A stretch of DNA of 63,352 bases, counting the filler. It is 11 parts of 11 records of this genome, joined end to end, with 100 filler letters (N's around TTAATTAATTAA, not from the genome) between each part and the next. Parts side by side here need not be neighbours in the genome. Positions count along the whole stretch, not along the records: positions 1 to 3,199 come from SRR7504441_1304; positions 3,300 to 12,051 come from SRR7504441_1308; positions 12,152 to 19,967 come from SRR7504441_1309; 8 more parts are not named here. One strand, given 5' to 3'. The notes under the pieces were generated by a model. It ran no database searches and was not told where the DNA came from. It was given only the letters and a program-made list of their open reading frames with translations. Made by a program: the position numbers and the translations under genes. Shown here piece by piece: positions 1 to 12,626 of this stretch (position 1 is its first letter; the number at the start of each line of letters is the position of its first letter).

Positions 1-142
1 CCCGTGCCCACCCGCTGGCTGCCCGCAACATGGGGGTGGGTGATCTAACGGCAACTTCCAAGCGGCCCGTCGGTGAACTCGAGCTCGTACACCAGCGGCT
101 TGCCGGGCGACCAGCTGGTGGTCAGCGTGGTCAAAGGGGCGA

Positions 143-1432
143 ATGCAAATTGCCCACACCGTGGTCATGATGACCCTGGTGGGGACTGCCGGAGCCTTGA
201 CCTGCGACCGCAGCAACGCAGCCACCGACATCGTGTGCTCCCGCGGCGGCGCCCACACCGTGGACCACCGCTTTCGGTACTCCGCCGGCTGCTACATTCA
301 AGGTGCTGGCGTTCGGGACTCGGCCTCTTGCCCTCGGGGCTGGAGATTCCAAGACGTGGGCGCCTTTAAACAATGCACGCTCGACCCCCCAGCCCTCGAC
401 CTCACGCACGCCCAGACTCTCAACGAGTGCGGCAGCGCCTGCAGGGTTGAGAGCGGCACGGTCGAGAGTGTGTGCTGCACAGAGATGGACGCTCACATCC
501 CCCAGGGGACCAGCGTGATGATCAATGCGCTGGTGCAGAACCAACCGACCGCGGCCGATTGCCCCCAGGGATGGCAATTCCAGTCCGAGTGGGCCGGCGG
601 CCAGTGCCTGCTGCAACCGGCCCAACCGCAGCGTCTCGCCAAGATTCCAGCATGCAAGCGTCGGACCTTGTCGTTTTGGCTCGTGATGGCGACAAACCCA
701 TCGAGAGTCCTTGCCGTGGACCGGCAGTATGAGATCAACGACGAATGGAACCTGGGTGGGGCTAGCATGGCGCTGACTGATGATCGCAGTCTCGCTGCCA
801 CCTTCAGGTTTGCTGCTGATGGACAGCACGTGAGCTTGGAAGCCGACCCTTTCCTCGGCCTTGAAGTCAACTGTGGACAAGTAGTGGAGGGCGGCTCGTG
901 CAGCCTGCTGCGGTCAAAGAACCAGCCCGAAGGAGGTAGCGGCTGGCCATGGGTTGTGAACCCAGATGGCACCCTGTCGCCTGTTGGGACCGAGCAAACC
1001 GAGCTTGTCCTAGGATTTGGTCGCATCACGTACAATTCATGGAAGAAGCAACCGCAGGAATCATACTGGGCGGCCATTGGGCTCGTCTCGCCGACGTCGC
1101 CAAATCGCCTCCTCGTTCGTGCTACGCCGTCGGGCGGGTGGCCACCCAAATCTTTGCCGACGCCACTGAGTGATGAGGGCACCGATCAGGACTCCGAAAA
1201 GAAGACCGCTCACCGTGACGGAACATCGAGCTGGCTGCCGGTGTGGGTGTATGTGGCTGCTGTGGTCTGTGCAGCGGGAGCGGGCGCAGCGTTGGGCGCG
1301 GTGTTGCACTATGTGATTGGAGGAAATCGGCTTGTGGTTCTTCAGGTCCAGATGACACCTGCGTCGCCTGTGCACACGCCCGTGCCTGTGGACGAGGTGA
1401 TGGTAGTGCCAGTGGGTCAGCGAATGAAGTGA
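143..1432 (+). CDS. Single-pass membrane protein: signal peptide, Cys-rich repeats, possible ricin-B-like segment
   Basis: 429-aa ORF; hydrophobic N-terminus; repeated CPxGWxFQ; WVVNPDGTLSP..LVLG; TM helix WVYVAAVVCAAGAGAALGAVLHYVI. Confidence 0.7.
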   Translation: MQIAHTVVMMTLVGTAGALTCDRSNAATDIVCSRGGAHTVDHRFRYSAGCYIQGAGVRDSASCPRGWRFQDVGAFKQCTLDPPALDLTHAQTLNECGSACRVESGTVESVCCTEMDAHIPQGTSVMINALVQNQPTAADCPQGWQFQSEWAGGQCLLQPAQPQRLAKIPACKRRTLSFWLVMATNPSRVLAVDRQYEINDEWNLGGASMALTDDRSLAATFRFAADGQHVSLEADPFLGLEVNCGQVVEGGSCSLLRSKNQPEGGSGWPWVVNPDGTLSPVGTEQTELVLGFGRITYNSWKKQPQESYWAAIGLVSPTSPNRLLVRATPSGGWPPKSLPTPLSDEGTDQDSEKKTAHRDGTSSWLPVWVYVAAVVCAAGAGAALGAVLHYVIGGNRLVVLQVQMTPASPVHTPVPVDEVMVVPVGQRMK

Positions 1433-1840
1433 GAACCACGAGAACGCCAACACATGGCCATGGAGCAACTATGAGTGCATTTGAGCGTGTATCTTCACAA
1501 TGCTGGTACAATCATAATTATGACATTGTACGTATGTATAACTAGTAATCATATATAGTCTAAGAATAATCTAAGAATGAACGGTTTAACATGATAACAT
1601 TATGAATGGCAACGGCGAATTGAATACACATATTTGTAGTCAGACATTCGTGATAAAATTATTTTGTTGGTCGAATTAACTACGAATTAACTGAATGTTA
1701 AATTATGGTCTTAATTGCCCACCACTCATCACTCATCACTCAAAAGCATGACGTCCTACTTAATGCACACAATGCCATGGATTCATGCTTTTGCCTTTAG
1801 TCAGCCCGGGGCGCGTACAAGCTTCACGGTACGAGTAGAG

Positions 1841-3199
1841 CTACGCGAAGCCGTCTATTTGCGGCGTGAGCTCGTTCTCCAGGATGTCCCACCAGCACTC
1901 ATCCTGTCGGCCCCGGTGCGAAGCAAGCTTCAGCAGGTCGCGCGCCTCAACGATCACATCGTCGTCGTGCCGCATCGCCTCCCAGCACGCCAGTCCGGCC
2001 TCGTGCCACTCCTTCATCGCTACCAATGCCCGAGCTCGCAACAATTCAGCCTTAGCCGCCAACGGTTGGGCTGAGCCCTTCGTCTTTGGCTGGTTCGAGA
2101 GCAAGCTGGCAGCCACGTCTGCATCCTTGAGCGCTTCTTGAGGGCAGTCAACTTCGAGCTCGGCTTCTGCTAGCCGGCACCACCACAGCGCACAACAAGC
2201 GCTCCCGCCACACAGCAGCTGCCGCAGCTCCTTGATCGCCTGCTCAAACTGGCCCTCTTGGATGGCCTTGAACGCCGACTCGGCCTGCTGCAGCTCTGCG
2301 GCCGTTGGATCCTCACTCTGATTGACCAGCACCGCAATCCTGGCCCGTTCCATCGGCGCCATTGCCTCGGCTGTCGAGGCCAGGATGAGCTGTGCCACCT
2401 CCCTGTGGCCAGAAAACGCTGCAGTCGAGGCTGCAAGGTTACCGTGCTCATCTCGAGCGGTGGCAAGCTGCTGGTCTGTCGACTCCCCAGAGGCACGGAG
2501 CAACGCACGTACGCACGCCTCATCGCCAGCGTCGGCGGCCACATGCAGCATGCTCGCAGAATTTGGGTTGTCGCTGTCCACTCGCTCCTGTGGATCCGCA
2601 CCCGCATCAAGCAGGACTTGCACAGTGGCCGCTGAGGCCTGAACCACCGCGATCACCAGAGCTGTGTTCCCACTGCCGTCGCGCATCCGCACCAGCCCAG
2701 GGGCCGATTTCAAGAGGAGCTGAGCCACGTCGCTCCGGCCTGCGGCGCACGCCCAGTGCAGAGCCGTGCCAGACTCGTCGCCGCCAGACTCACAGTTGGC
2801 CTTGTGCTCGATCAACGCCTGCACGCACTCCAGCGGGGCTTCCGCACACGCCAGGTGGAGCGGAGTGGTCGACGCTGCGTCACCCGCATTCACATCCGCG
2901 TTATGCTCAAGCAATAACCTGACTGACTGCACCTGGTCACCCTGGCACGCCGCATGCAGAGCCGACCGGCCGTCCTTATCGCACACCTCTAACAGTCCAA
3001 TTGCCTCATCGAGCTTTACGAGCGCTTCAGTCAGTTCGCTTAACCCGTTCAGAGCGGCCGTGTGGAGCGCTGACCGGCCCCGGGCATCCCGCGCCACCGC
3101 AATCATCTCCCGCAGCGGCTGGTTGACCCGCCGATCGCCGCCAGTAGGGAAGACCAAGCTCTGGTGCACAGCTGGCGTCTCCGAGATGAGCAGACCCAT
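1841..3199 (-). CDS. Ankyrin-repeat protein with C-terminal TPR-like region (5' end at contig edge)
   Basis: Repeats GRSALHTAA, GRSALHAAC, TTPLHLAC, GTALHWAC, GNTALVIAV; TPR-like EQAIKEL...EALKDADVA. Confidence 0.85.
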   Translation of the reverse strand: MGLLISETPAVHQSLVFPTGGDRRVNQPLREMIAVARDARGRSALHTAALNGLSELTEALVKLDEAIGLLEVCDKDGRSALHAACQGDQVQSVRLLLEHNADVNAGDAASTTPLHLACAEAPLECVQALIEHKANCESGGDESGTALHWACAAGRSDVAQLLLKSAPGLVRMRDGSGNTALVIAVVQASAATVQVLLDAGADPQERVDSDNPNSASMLHVAADAGDEACVRALLRASGESTDQQLATARDEHGNLAASTAAFSGHREVAQLILASTAEAMAPMERARIAVLVNQSEDPTAAELQQAESAFKAIQEGQFEQAIKELRQLLCGGSACCALWWCRLAEAELEVDCPQEALKDADVAASLLSNQPKTKGSAQPLAAKAELLRARALVAMKEWHEAGLACWEAMRHDDDVIVEARDLLKLASHRGRQDECWWDILENELTPQIDGFA

Positions 3200-3299
3200 N
3201 NNNNNNNNNNNNNNNNNNNNNNNNNNNNNNNNNNNNNNNNNNNTTAATTAATTAANNNNNNNNNNNNNNNNNNNNNNNNNNNNNNNNNNNNNNNNNNNN
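3200..3299. other. Artificial contig linker
   Basis: N44-TTAATTAATTAA-N44 (stops in all six frames). Identical linkers at 12052-12151, 19968-20067, 23962-24061, 30554-30653, 34820-34919, 40658-40757, 46610-46709, 53009-53108, 60004-60103. Confidence 0.99.
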
Positions 3300-3453
3300 C
3301 GGGCGATCTCGCGCCCCTCGTGGGGCGGCGCGCCTCCCTCGCGCCGGAGGCGAGCCAAACCGAACCCCGACTGTAGCACCGCCAACCTCCCGCAGCAGGT
3401 CGAGCCCCACTTTATTGAACCCACCCCGGGCGCGGCGGCTCCGAACCCGAGTG

Positions 3454-5308
<1,855 letters not shown>

Positions 5309-5661
5309 GAAGCAGATCTCGCGATTTTGGCAATTACTATAGCTTGGGAGATGTGCCATACTTATTGCTTGTACTTTAGTACTCGAATGAGTTACGAACA
5401 AGTAACTGAACGAAGCCGGCAACTACCATAATAACAATGTGCACATGTACATGCGTACCTTACATGTATGTATACTCGTACGTACCTTGGCATGGAATTA
5501 CCCGCTAGTGGTCAACGCACTTATATAAACACAGTTTTTTAGCTAACGAGTTTAGAATGAGCTTGGATTCATGAGTACGCAGTGTGATTTAATTAAGTAA
5601 ATTTCCATCATGAGGCCTACATGCCTACATGGGCCATCATGTCGTCGGGGTTTTAATGTTT

Positions 5662-8600
5662 CTACTTGGACACCTTTGTTGCTTCTCTTTGCGCTCGCCA
5701 TTCCTCGAGTTTGCGGGTTCTATCTGAACCGTCTCCCACGGAATTTCTACGGCGGGTTGCCCCCTGTGGTCGTGCTGAAGTTGGCCGGTCCTTTTTACGT
5801 GATGATGAGTCAACGTTGGCAGTACCACCTGATGTTCCCGGACGTGATGGATTTTCTGTAACATTAGGGGCTATCTTGTCGTTTGACCCTGTCTTCACCA
5901 ACTTGGTGCCTCCACGTGCAGCTAGCTCATCTGTTTCAACTTGAAGAATCTCACGATATGGGACCCCACGAACCATGAACACCTCATTTTGCTCGTGCTC
6001 CCATTCCTGGATTTTCTGCAGGAGTTCTATGCACAGTCTCTCATTCTTGCGCTTGAACAGTTTCCGCTCCTTCTCTTCTTTGAGCAGTTTCACTGACGAC
6101 CCCTTGAACCGATCAGGATTTGAAGCGGCAGCCTCAAACTCCTGAATTCTGTGTGTTAGCGATTCCCTAAATTCAATAGTCTTTAGAATTTCCCTCATTG
6201 AGTCCATCAGTCGCTGGACGCGAGCAGCTTCTTTCTGTAAAGCTTCAATCGCCTCCACAGGCTGTAATTTGTCTACATCGGCCAGGAAAGTGTCCTGTTC
6301 CACTCCTGGAGTTTTGGCTTCGAGCCACAACTCGACAAGTTTGCTCCGCACCTCACGCACTTTGAGTCGGACGCCAGCTTTAGCTTCGTCTATTGTGCGC
6401 TCGAGTTCCAGGATGGTGGCGAATCCACCCGTCTGAAGCTTCCCTTCAAGCCGGGCGCGCTGCTCTTCAGAGGGTTGCAATGCTTTCCATTGACTCTCCA
6501 GGGTCTCTTTCAGTTCTTGGGTGGCGTTTGCAACCTCCCCTGCTAAGGCCTCCAGTTCTGGCTTCCGCTCCTTGATTGCAGAAAAGCTCTGGATAGAAGG
6601 TTTCAGACTTTGCTCGAGCAGCTTGGCATCTATTGGACGCGAGATCCACTTAGTTGCACACTTGGCCTGTTTGCCAGCTGGTGGCTGAAGCTGTTCCAGC
6701 AACTTCACCACCGGCGTTGCCTCTGCTTCAAGCAGCTGGGCTGCTTGCTCGCGCAGAGTGACCACAACTTCATAGAGAGTCTTACCTTGGAGGCCTGCCT
6801 TGGTTGGGGATGCCAGGGCCGCATCGTAGTCAACAATACAGTTGACAAGATCTGTCATTTCGTCATTCAGGCTCTGCTTGTGGGCCATGTTCTTTTCCAT
6901 TTCTGTCATGACCAAGCGTACCGCATCCATGACAATCGAGTTTCGGAGCTGCTGCTGCTGCTCACCAGGTAGTCCAATTTGAGTCCACAACTCTCCGAGT
7001 ACCACCATTTGCTCCTGTGCCCATGTGCCTAGGCAATCATTGGCCTCCACTTCGTGGGCTGTGTCCATGACTTCCTTGGATGTGTCACTGCCGCCACCCA
7101 AAACCGGAGCGTCATGTGCGAGCGGTGACACCTCATTTTCCTGCAATTGAGCTAGCTCAGCCTTGAGATTATCCAGTTCCCTCTGCGTGTCGGTGAGCTG
7201 CACAGAGGCTGCTGCTAACTGATCTTCACCCTGCTCCACCAGAGCTTTCAAGTCAATGCTTTGCTGTTGATAGTAGTCGTGCCGCTCAGTCAACAGAGCT
7301 ATCTGCTCCTTCTGGCACTCCAACATTCGGGTGCTCGAGATCAGACTTCCCGCAGATTCAGTCTGATCGCTTGCAGATTCAACAGTGGACTCGGGTGGGC
7401 TGACCAAGCTTGTAGGCTTGCCCCCTACTTCACTGACTTCAGCAAGCATAACGAGCAGTCGTTCCTCATTGTCCTTTTGCATTACTGTAAGCTTTGCATC
7501 CCACTCTCGCTCTGCAAGCAGTAACCTCTGCTGAGTTGCTGCTAGCTGTTCATCTTTCATTGTCAATTCTTCATCAATTTCCAATCTTTCAGATTCCTTG
7601 ATGTTTGCTGTTGTTTCAAGTGCCTCTACCTTCTCAAACAGCGCCTGTATGGTGGCTTTGGCTTCCTCGAGCTCCTGAATAGTCTCTACAGTGTTCTCAA
7701 TTGTGTAAGTCCCTGCTTCAGCTCCAGGTCCCTGTACGGATACCATTTCTTCTTGCACGGCGATGATCCGCTCAGAGTCTAGATCAATTTGGGCATCAAG
7801 AGACTCGATTGCCTCGTCAAGGGTTGTTAGTTGAGACTGCTGAGCTTCAGATTGAACAGAATCACTTGCAACCTGGTTCGCTAACACGAGCCTTTCTTCC
7901 ATCATCTGCTCCATCTCTTTGACCTTCTCCTCTCTGCGTTCAAGATCTTCCTGTAATCTGGTGTTCACCTCCTTGATCTCTGCTGATTTCGCAAGCTCTT
8001 TCTCCACCCATCGCCTCTGCTTTGACAAGGAGAGTTCTTTATCGAGCATTTCTTGCTGTCCTGCAGCAAGTGCCATCTTTGAATCTACCACTTCCTGAGT
8101 CTTGCGCTTTAGCATTGCATCTTGACGTTTCGTCTTGCTCTGAAGGGCCATGGTTGCTTTCTTTGCTTCGTTATTCTTCTTGACCAGCTCTTTCTTTTCT
8201 GCTGCCCACTGTTCCCTCCGGAGTTTAAACCGCTCTGCCTCGTCTTTCATCCTTTTGGATAGCGCTTCTTTCTGACCTCTCAAGCTATCCAACTCCTGTT
8301 TCAGCTTTTTAAGCTGACCCTCTGATTGTTCTCGCACTCGTAATAGCCTAGCTTGGTCTCGCTGTTTTTTCTTTGTATGTGCTAGCTCCTGATTCAGCGC
8401 CTTCAACTTTCCTTCCAGCTCACCTTTGGACTTGCCTGGGGCAGGCTTAGGAACACTCTGGCCCTCAGCTGGCTTTTCCTCGAGGCGCGAAATCTCTGTC
8501 AGGAGACTTGCCTTGTCACTCTCAAGATTGTTTGTCACTTTTTGCAGTTCCGTCATTTTGAGATCATATTTCTGCTTCATTGCAACAAAAGCTTTGTTTG

Positions 8601-10869
8601 AACGAGTCAACTGCTGCATCAATGCCGCTTTTTCTTCCAGTGAACTATTCAATTCATCCATGTCTGCCTCCCTCTGGCGCTGCTCCCTAGCAAACTCGCG
8701 TTGTTCCTCAGCGTCGTCCTCAGCAAGTGCTTCCTCTTCATCGGAGTCCAGCTGATCCTCTGGTGGCGCTGCTGGAGAATCCACCAGTGGTATGAACATC
8801 CCGTTCTCATTAGCGCTATCAGAAAGATTGGTGGTGTTCCGGAGCATGTGCATTGTATCTTCAAGAACCTGGCCCTCAGAATCAGTGGGTGAACAAACTA
8901 AACACAGACCAAATTCATATCTAGCAGAGTTAATAAAATGTGTGGGCATAAAAGGTGTGGGCATAAAAGGGGTGGGTGCATAGAAGACCAGGCAAGTAAT
9001 TACCTGATTTTCTGCACGCAGCGACGCAATTGTTTTGAGATGTGACTCGAGGACTCCCTCTATCTCATCTCCAGCAACAGTGCCCTTGGCGACGCCCACC
9101 CCCTCAGCCTTCAGCTTAAGAATTTCAGATTTGGCTTGCAAAGTTAGCAGGTCTTCGTTGGCTTGGCGCTCACTGTTGGTCAAAGCAGTAACCTGAGCAG
9201 ACAATTCCTTGTTCTGGGCCTCAAGCTTCGAACAGCGGCTTTGGAGCAAATTCCAATCACTCCCTGTCACGCCTCCGTCAGTTGCACTTCCTGCAGTCCC
9301 TTCGCCGACGGTCCGACCCTTAAGTAATTCGACTTGTAGACGCGTTATCTCTTCCTTTAGCTGTGCTATCTGTAGAGAATGGGGATCCTTATTGACGATT
9401 GGCTTATTCTGAATATTTCGGGCCCTATTCGCATATTTGAGCGTGTTTAGGCTCTCATCAAAGTTTGAGTCAGCTGGTGAGATGCACGCAATCATCAGAG
9501 TCACAGAGTTGCCCCCCAGTGAGTCCTGCAGCAGCCTGGCACGCGCAGCCAAAGATGAATCGAATTTTCAGTCGAGATGTCTAGGCACACCGTGTGAGCT
9601 TTGAGTCTCGATAACGAACATGATCGCCTTTTCTTGCCGGATCGCCAAGCACTGCAATCACGTTTCCGAGGCAGAGTAAGCCCTGGTTGATAGCAATGCC
9701 CTCCCGAAAGCGCATACCCTCAGCTTTAGTTTTCTTAGCCCGCTCGGACCCTGCAAGGTCCACGAATCTCATCTTGGCACAGCAGAATTCGCCATCCGAC
9801 AACGATTGCTCGATTGTAATCGTGAAGACGGCGTGTGACCTGGACGAGGTAGCATTCATGTTTGTGGAGCCAGTAGTCCGGCAGAGCGAGCCCTGAAAGC
9901 CCCACATCACAAGCAGCGTCCACCAGCGGCACAGGACCTTTTCGAGCAGCTGAAGAACTTCAGCTGCAGTTTTAACCTCTTCCTCTTTGATTCCGACCAC
10001 TGTCACGCCTCCAGCTGCCCCAGGCCAATGCTCACATTCCATACGCTAGACAGTTCTCACTAGCAGGATCATCGCGCATTTGGATCGTCTTTGACTTGTC
10101 GGTAAATCCTGGGTCCAGAAGGTCATTGAAGTCTTCGTTGTAGAGCTCCAAGAACGACACAGAAACCTGCATCTGCAAGTTGGCACAAATTTGCGCAGCA
10201 TCGGCACCAGGAATTCAACGCCGTCCTTTCTCCGCTCATTCAATTGCATGAATATTGCGTGAATGCAACTGCAAGCATAAATTAATGGTGCCACAGCTGT
10301 TGACAAATACCGTGGGATAATTCCGAGGTTCTCCTCGGGCACCCCGATGCTGTTTCCACTCCCCATCGTGTAGGTCTGAGTACACACAGCAGCTCGAGGG
10401 CTGCTCTAAGGATACCAGTCGGACCTTCCCGGATCCAGTCTGCCCGTAGGCCAAGATTGTAGCGTTGAGCCCCTTGAATAAGCCGTCGAGAATCGGCAAT
10501 GAACACTCCTGACGCGGACACCGTCATGTCCGCACCGGTGGCTGGCCACACCTCACATAAACTCTTCTGGTCTGATCCCTGATCGTAGGTGTAATCATAG
10601 GTGAAGGCTTTGTCCTTCCCGATCACGACCTGGCCTCGCCTGCTCCACAACGCTGCCAGGCCAGCCACCTGTGTTTGCTCGTCAATGGTACGCACGCATT
10701 CCCGGCAACGCTCGGCTCGCTCTTTGTTCGAAAGCGGGCGGATGCGCAGTGCCTGAACCGGGTGGGCTCACTGGTGCGGGCCGGACACAGCAGCCGAATT
10801 CGATGGGAGGGGTGGGCTTGGCACCACTTTGACTTGTGAGACTGCGTCATTGGCAGCCTCGGGGTTCAT
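5662..10869 (-). CDS. Kinesin-4 family motor (KIF4/KIF21/KIF27-like) with coiled coil and C-terminal MAP65/Ase1/PRC1-like domain
   Basis: Spliced model [106 protein letters not shown]; tail [39 protein letters not shown]. Confidence 0.9.
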
Positions 10870-11366
10870 GCCGGCTCCACAGCCAGCCAGCCCGCCGCTG
10901 GCAGCCACTGCACCTCAAATCTGGCCAGGAGAGGACCGCTGCTCGCTCCTGCTCCGCTGCCAGGCAATCGCGGCAGCCGGGGCAATCGAAATCGCTCTCT
11001 CTGGACTCTCTCACCCAGGCAGCCAGGGATCAGGCAGGCGGTCGGGAGGCCGGACGAGCCTGAGCTACGTACGGCGGTACGGTAGCTGCCGTGCAGTGAT
11101 CTCAAGTGATCTTATGGGGAGTCAATCACATCATCGCATCATGGCTCTGAAAGCGAGGAGACCCAGCGGGCTTACAGCTAGCTTACAGCGGGCTGAGATA
11201 CTCGACGCGAAGCTGCTAGAGGATCACTGAATGAATCGCTTATTTGTCGATTTGTCTCGACAGAATCACGATCGATAAAGTCGTGGGCACCGTGGCAATG
11301 AATCATCCGTGTGACCATGTCACGGAAAAATATGTTTACAGGAGTTCATGGCCGCATGGCGGAGCC

Positions 11367-12051
11367 CTAGAATTTCTTCCATAGTTGGTCCATTGTGGAT
11401 TTGGTCCCGGCCATCACAGCCTCCACATCTTCAACAGTTCTGGGCACCCAAGTCATGTTCTCAATACCAGTGTCAGTGACAATCACATCGTCCTCAATCC
11501 GTACACCCCATGCGTGCTGGCTGCCTTGGTACAGCTTGAGCTTATCTTTGTTGAACAGCGGCGCTTGCTTGGCGTTGGACAGTGCCTTGCAGAGGCTATA
11601 TCTGTTAAAATAAAGCCCGGGCTCCACAGTAAGCACCATCCCAGGCTGGAGCACCCTGACCATCCTCAATGACTTATACCCAGGCTTTGTGAGCCGGACG
11701 TGGCCTTTAGGTCGCCCGCCCACATCGTGGGTGTCCAGCCCCATCAAGTGCCCTAGTCCATGCGGCATGAATACGGCTCCAAGGTTCGCATCCATGCATT
11801 CGTCGATGCTGCCCTGCTGCAAGATGCCTATTCTAATCAAACCTTCACAGATCACCTTGTACGATAGAGTGTGCATGTCCACGTAGGACACGCCCGGCTT
11901 CATCGCATCCATCACCGCGTGGCTGGCTGCGAGCACGATCTCGTATATGTCGCGCTGAGTTTGGGTGTACTGCCCGTTGACTGGGTACGAGCAGGTGATG
12001 TCACTCGTGTAGCACTGGTACTCGGCCCCGAGGTCCATCAGCAGCATCTCG
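11367..12051 (-). CDS. PEPD: Xaa-Pro dipeptidase (prolidase, peptidase M24B), 5'-truncated
   Basis: DLGAEYQCYTSDITCSYP, FMPHGLGHLMGLDTHDVGG, TVEPGLYF, GVRIEDD, VPRTVEDVE. Confidence 0.92.
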
Positions 12052-12151
12052 NNNNNNNNNNNNNNNNNNNNNNNNNNNNNNNNNNNNNNNNNNNNTTAAT
12101 TAATTAANNNNNNNNNNNNNNNNNNNNNNNNNNNNNNNNNNNNNNNNNNNN

Positions 12152-12391
12152 GAATCTAGCGAGCTGGATCAACCGGCTGGCAATTTTGATGACTTGCCAG
12201 AATTTGACGAGACTGCGTTCAACAATCCAGTTGCTGCCCAGCAAGGGTCAGATCTGCCGGAGATACCGCAGCTGATGCCGTTATCACCGTACAGTCGTGG
12301 GACTGACGGCTTGAGGCAGATGATAGACGATGCTGCCCAAGACTCCGAGGATGAGCAAGACCACGGGCCTCCTCGTCCTGCTCCCGGCTGA
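12152..12391 (+). CDS. C-terminal fragment of an unknown protein
   Basis: Acidic/Pro-rich open frame from the contig start to TGA, followed by an AT-rich 3' region. Confidence 0.45.
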   Translation, partial: ESSELDQPAGNFDDLPEFDETAFNNPVAAQQGSDLPEIPQLMPLSPYSRGTDGLRQMIDDAAQDSEDEQDHGPPRPAPG

Positions 12392-12626
12392 GTTCGGAAG
12401 GCATATTGAAGGCACATCTCAATTATAGAACCACACCATTTTCAAGATAGCCTGTATCATAGGCACCTTGAAGAATAGATGTCATACTCTAGTCAACAAT
12501 AGAATACGAACTCGTTCAAAACTAGTATAGTGTTGCCTTTATTTGCGAGTCTGTACACTTGATACAGTGATACTGTATTGCAACTGCATATCGTATAGGG
12601 CGCAATATCATCCAACCCGGCTGTCA

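Noticed and set aside
8869-9003. [14 protein letters not shown] hydrophobic insert in the kinesin ORF
   Set aside because: It is an in-frame 135-nt GT-AG intron with a CTGA branch-like motif and a 15-nt tandem repeat
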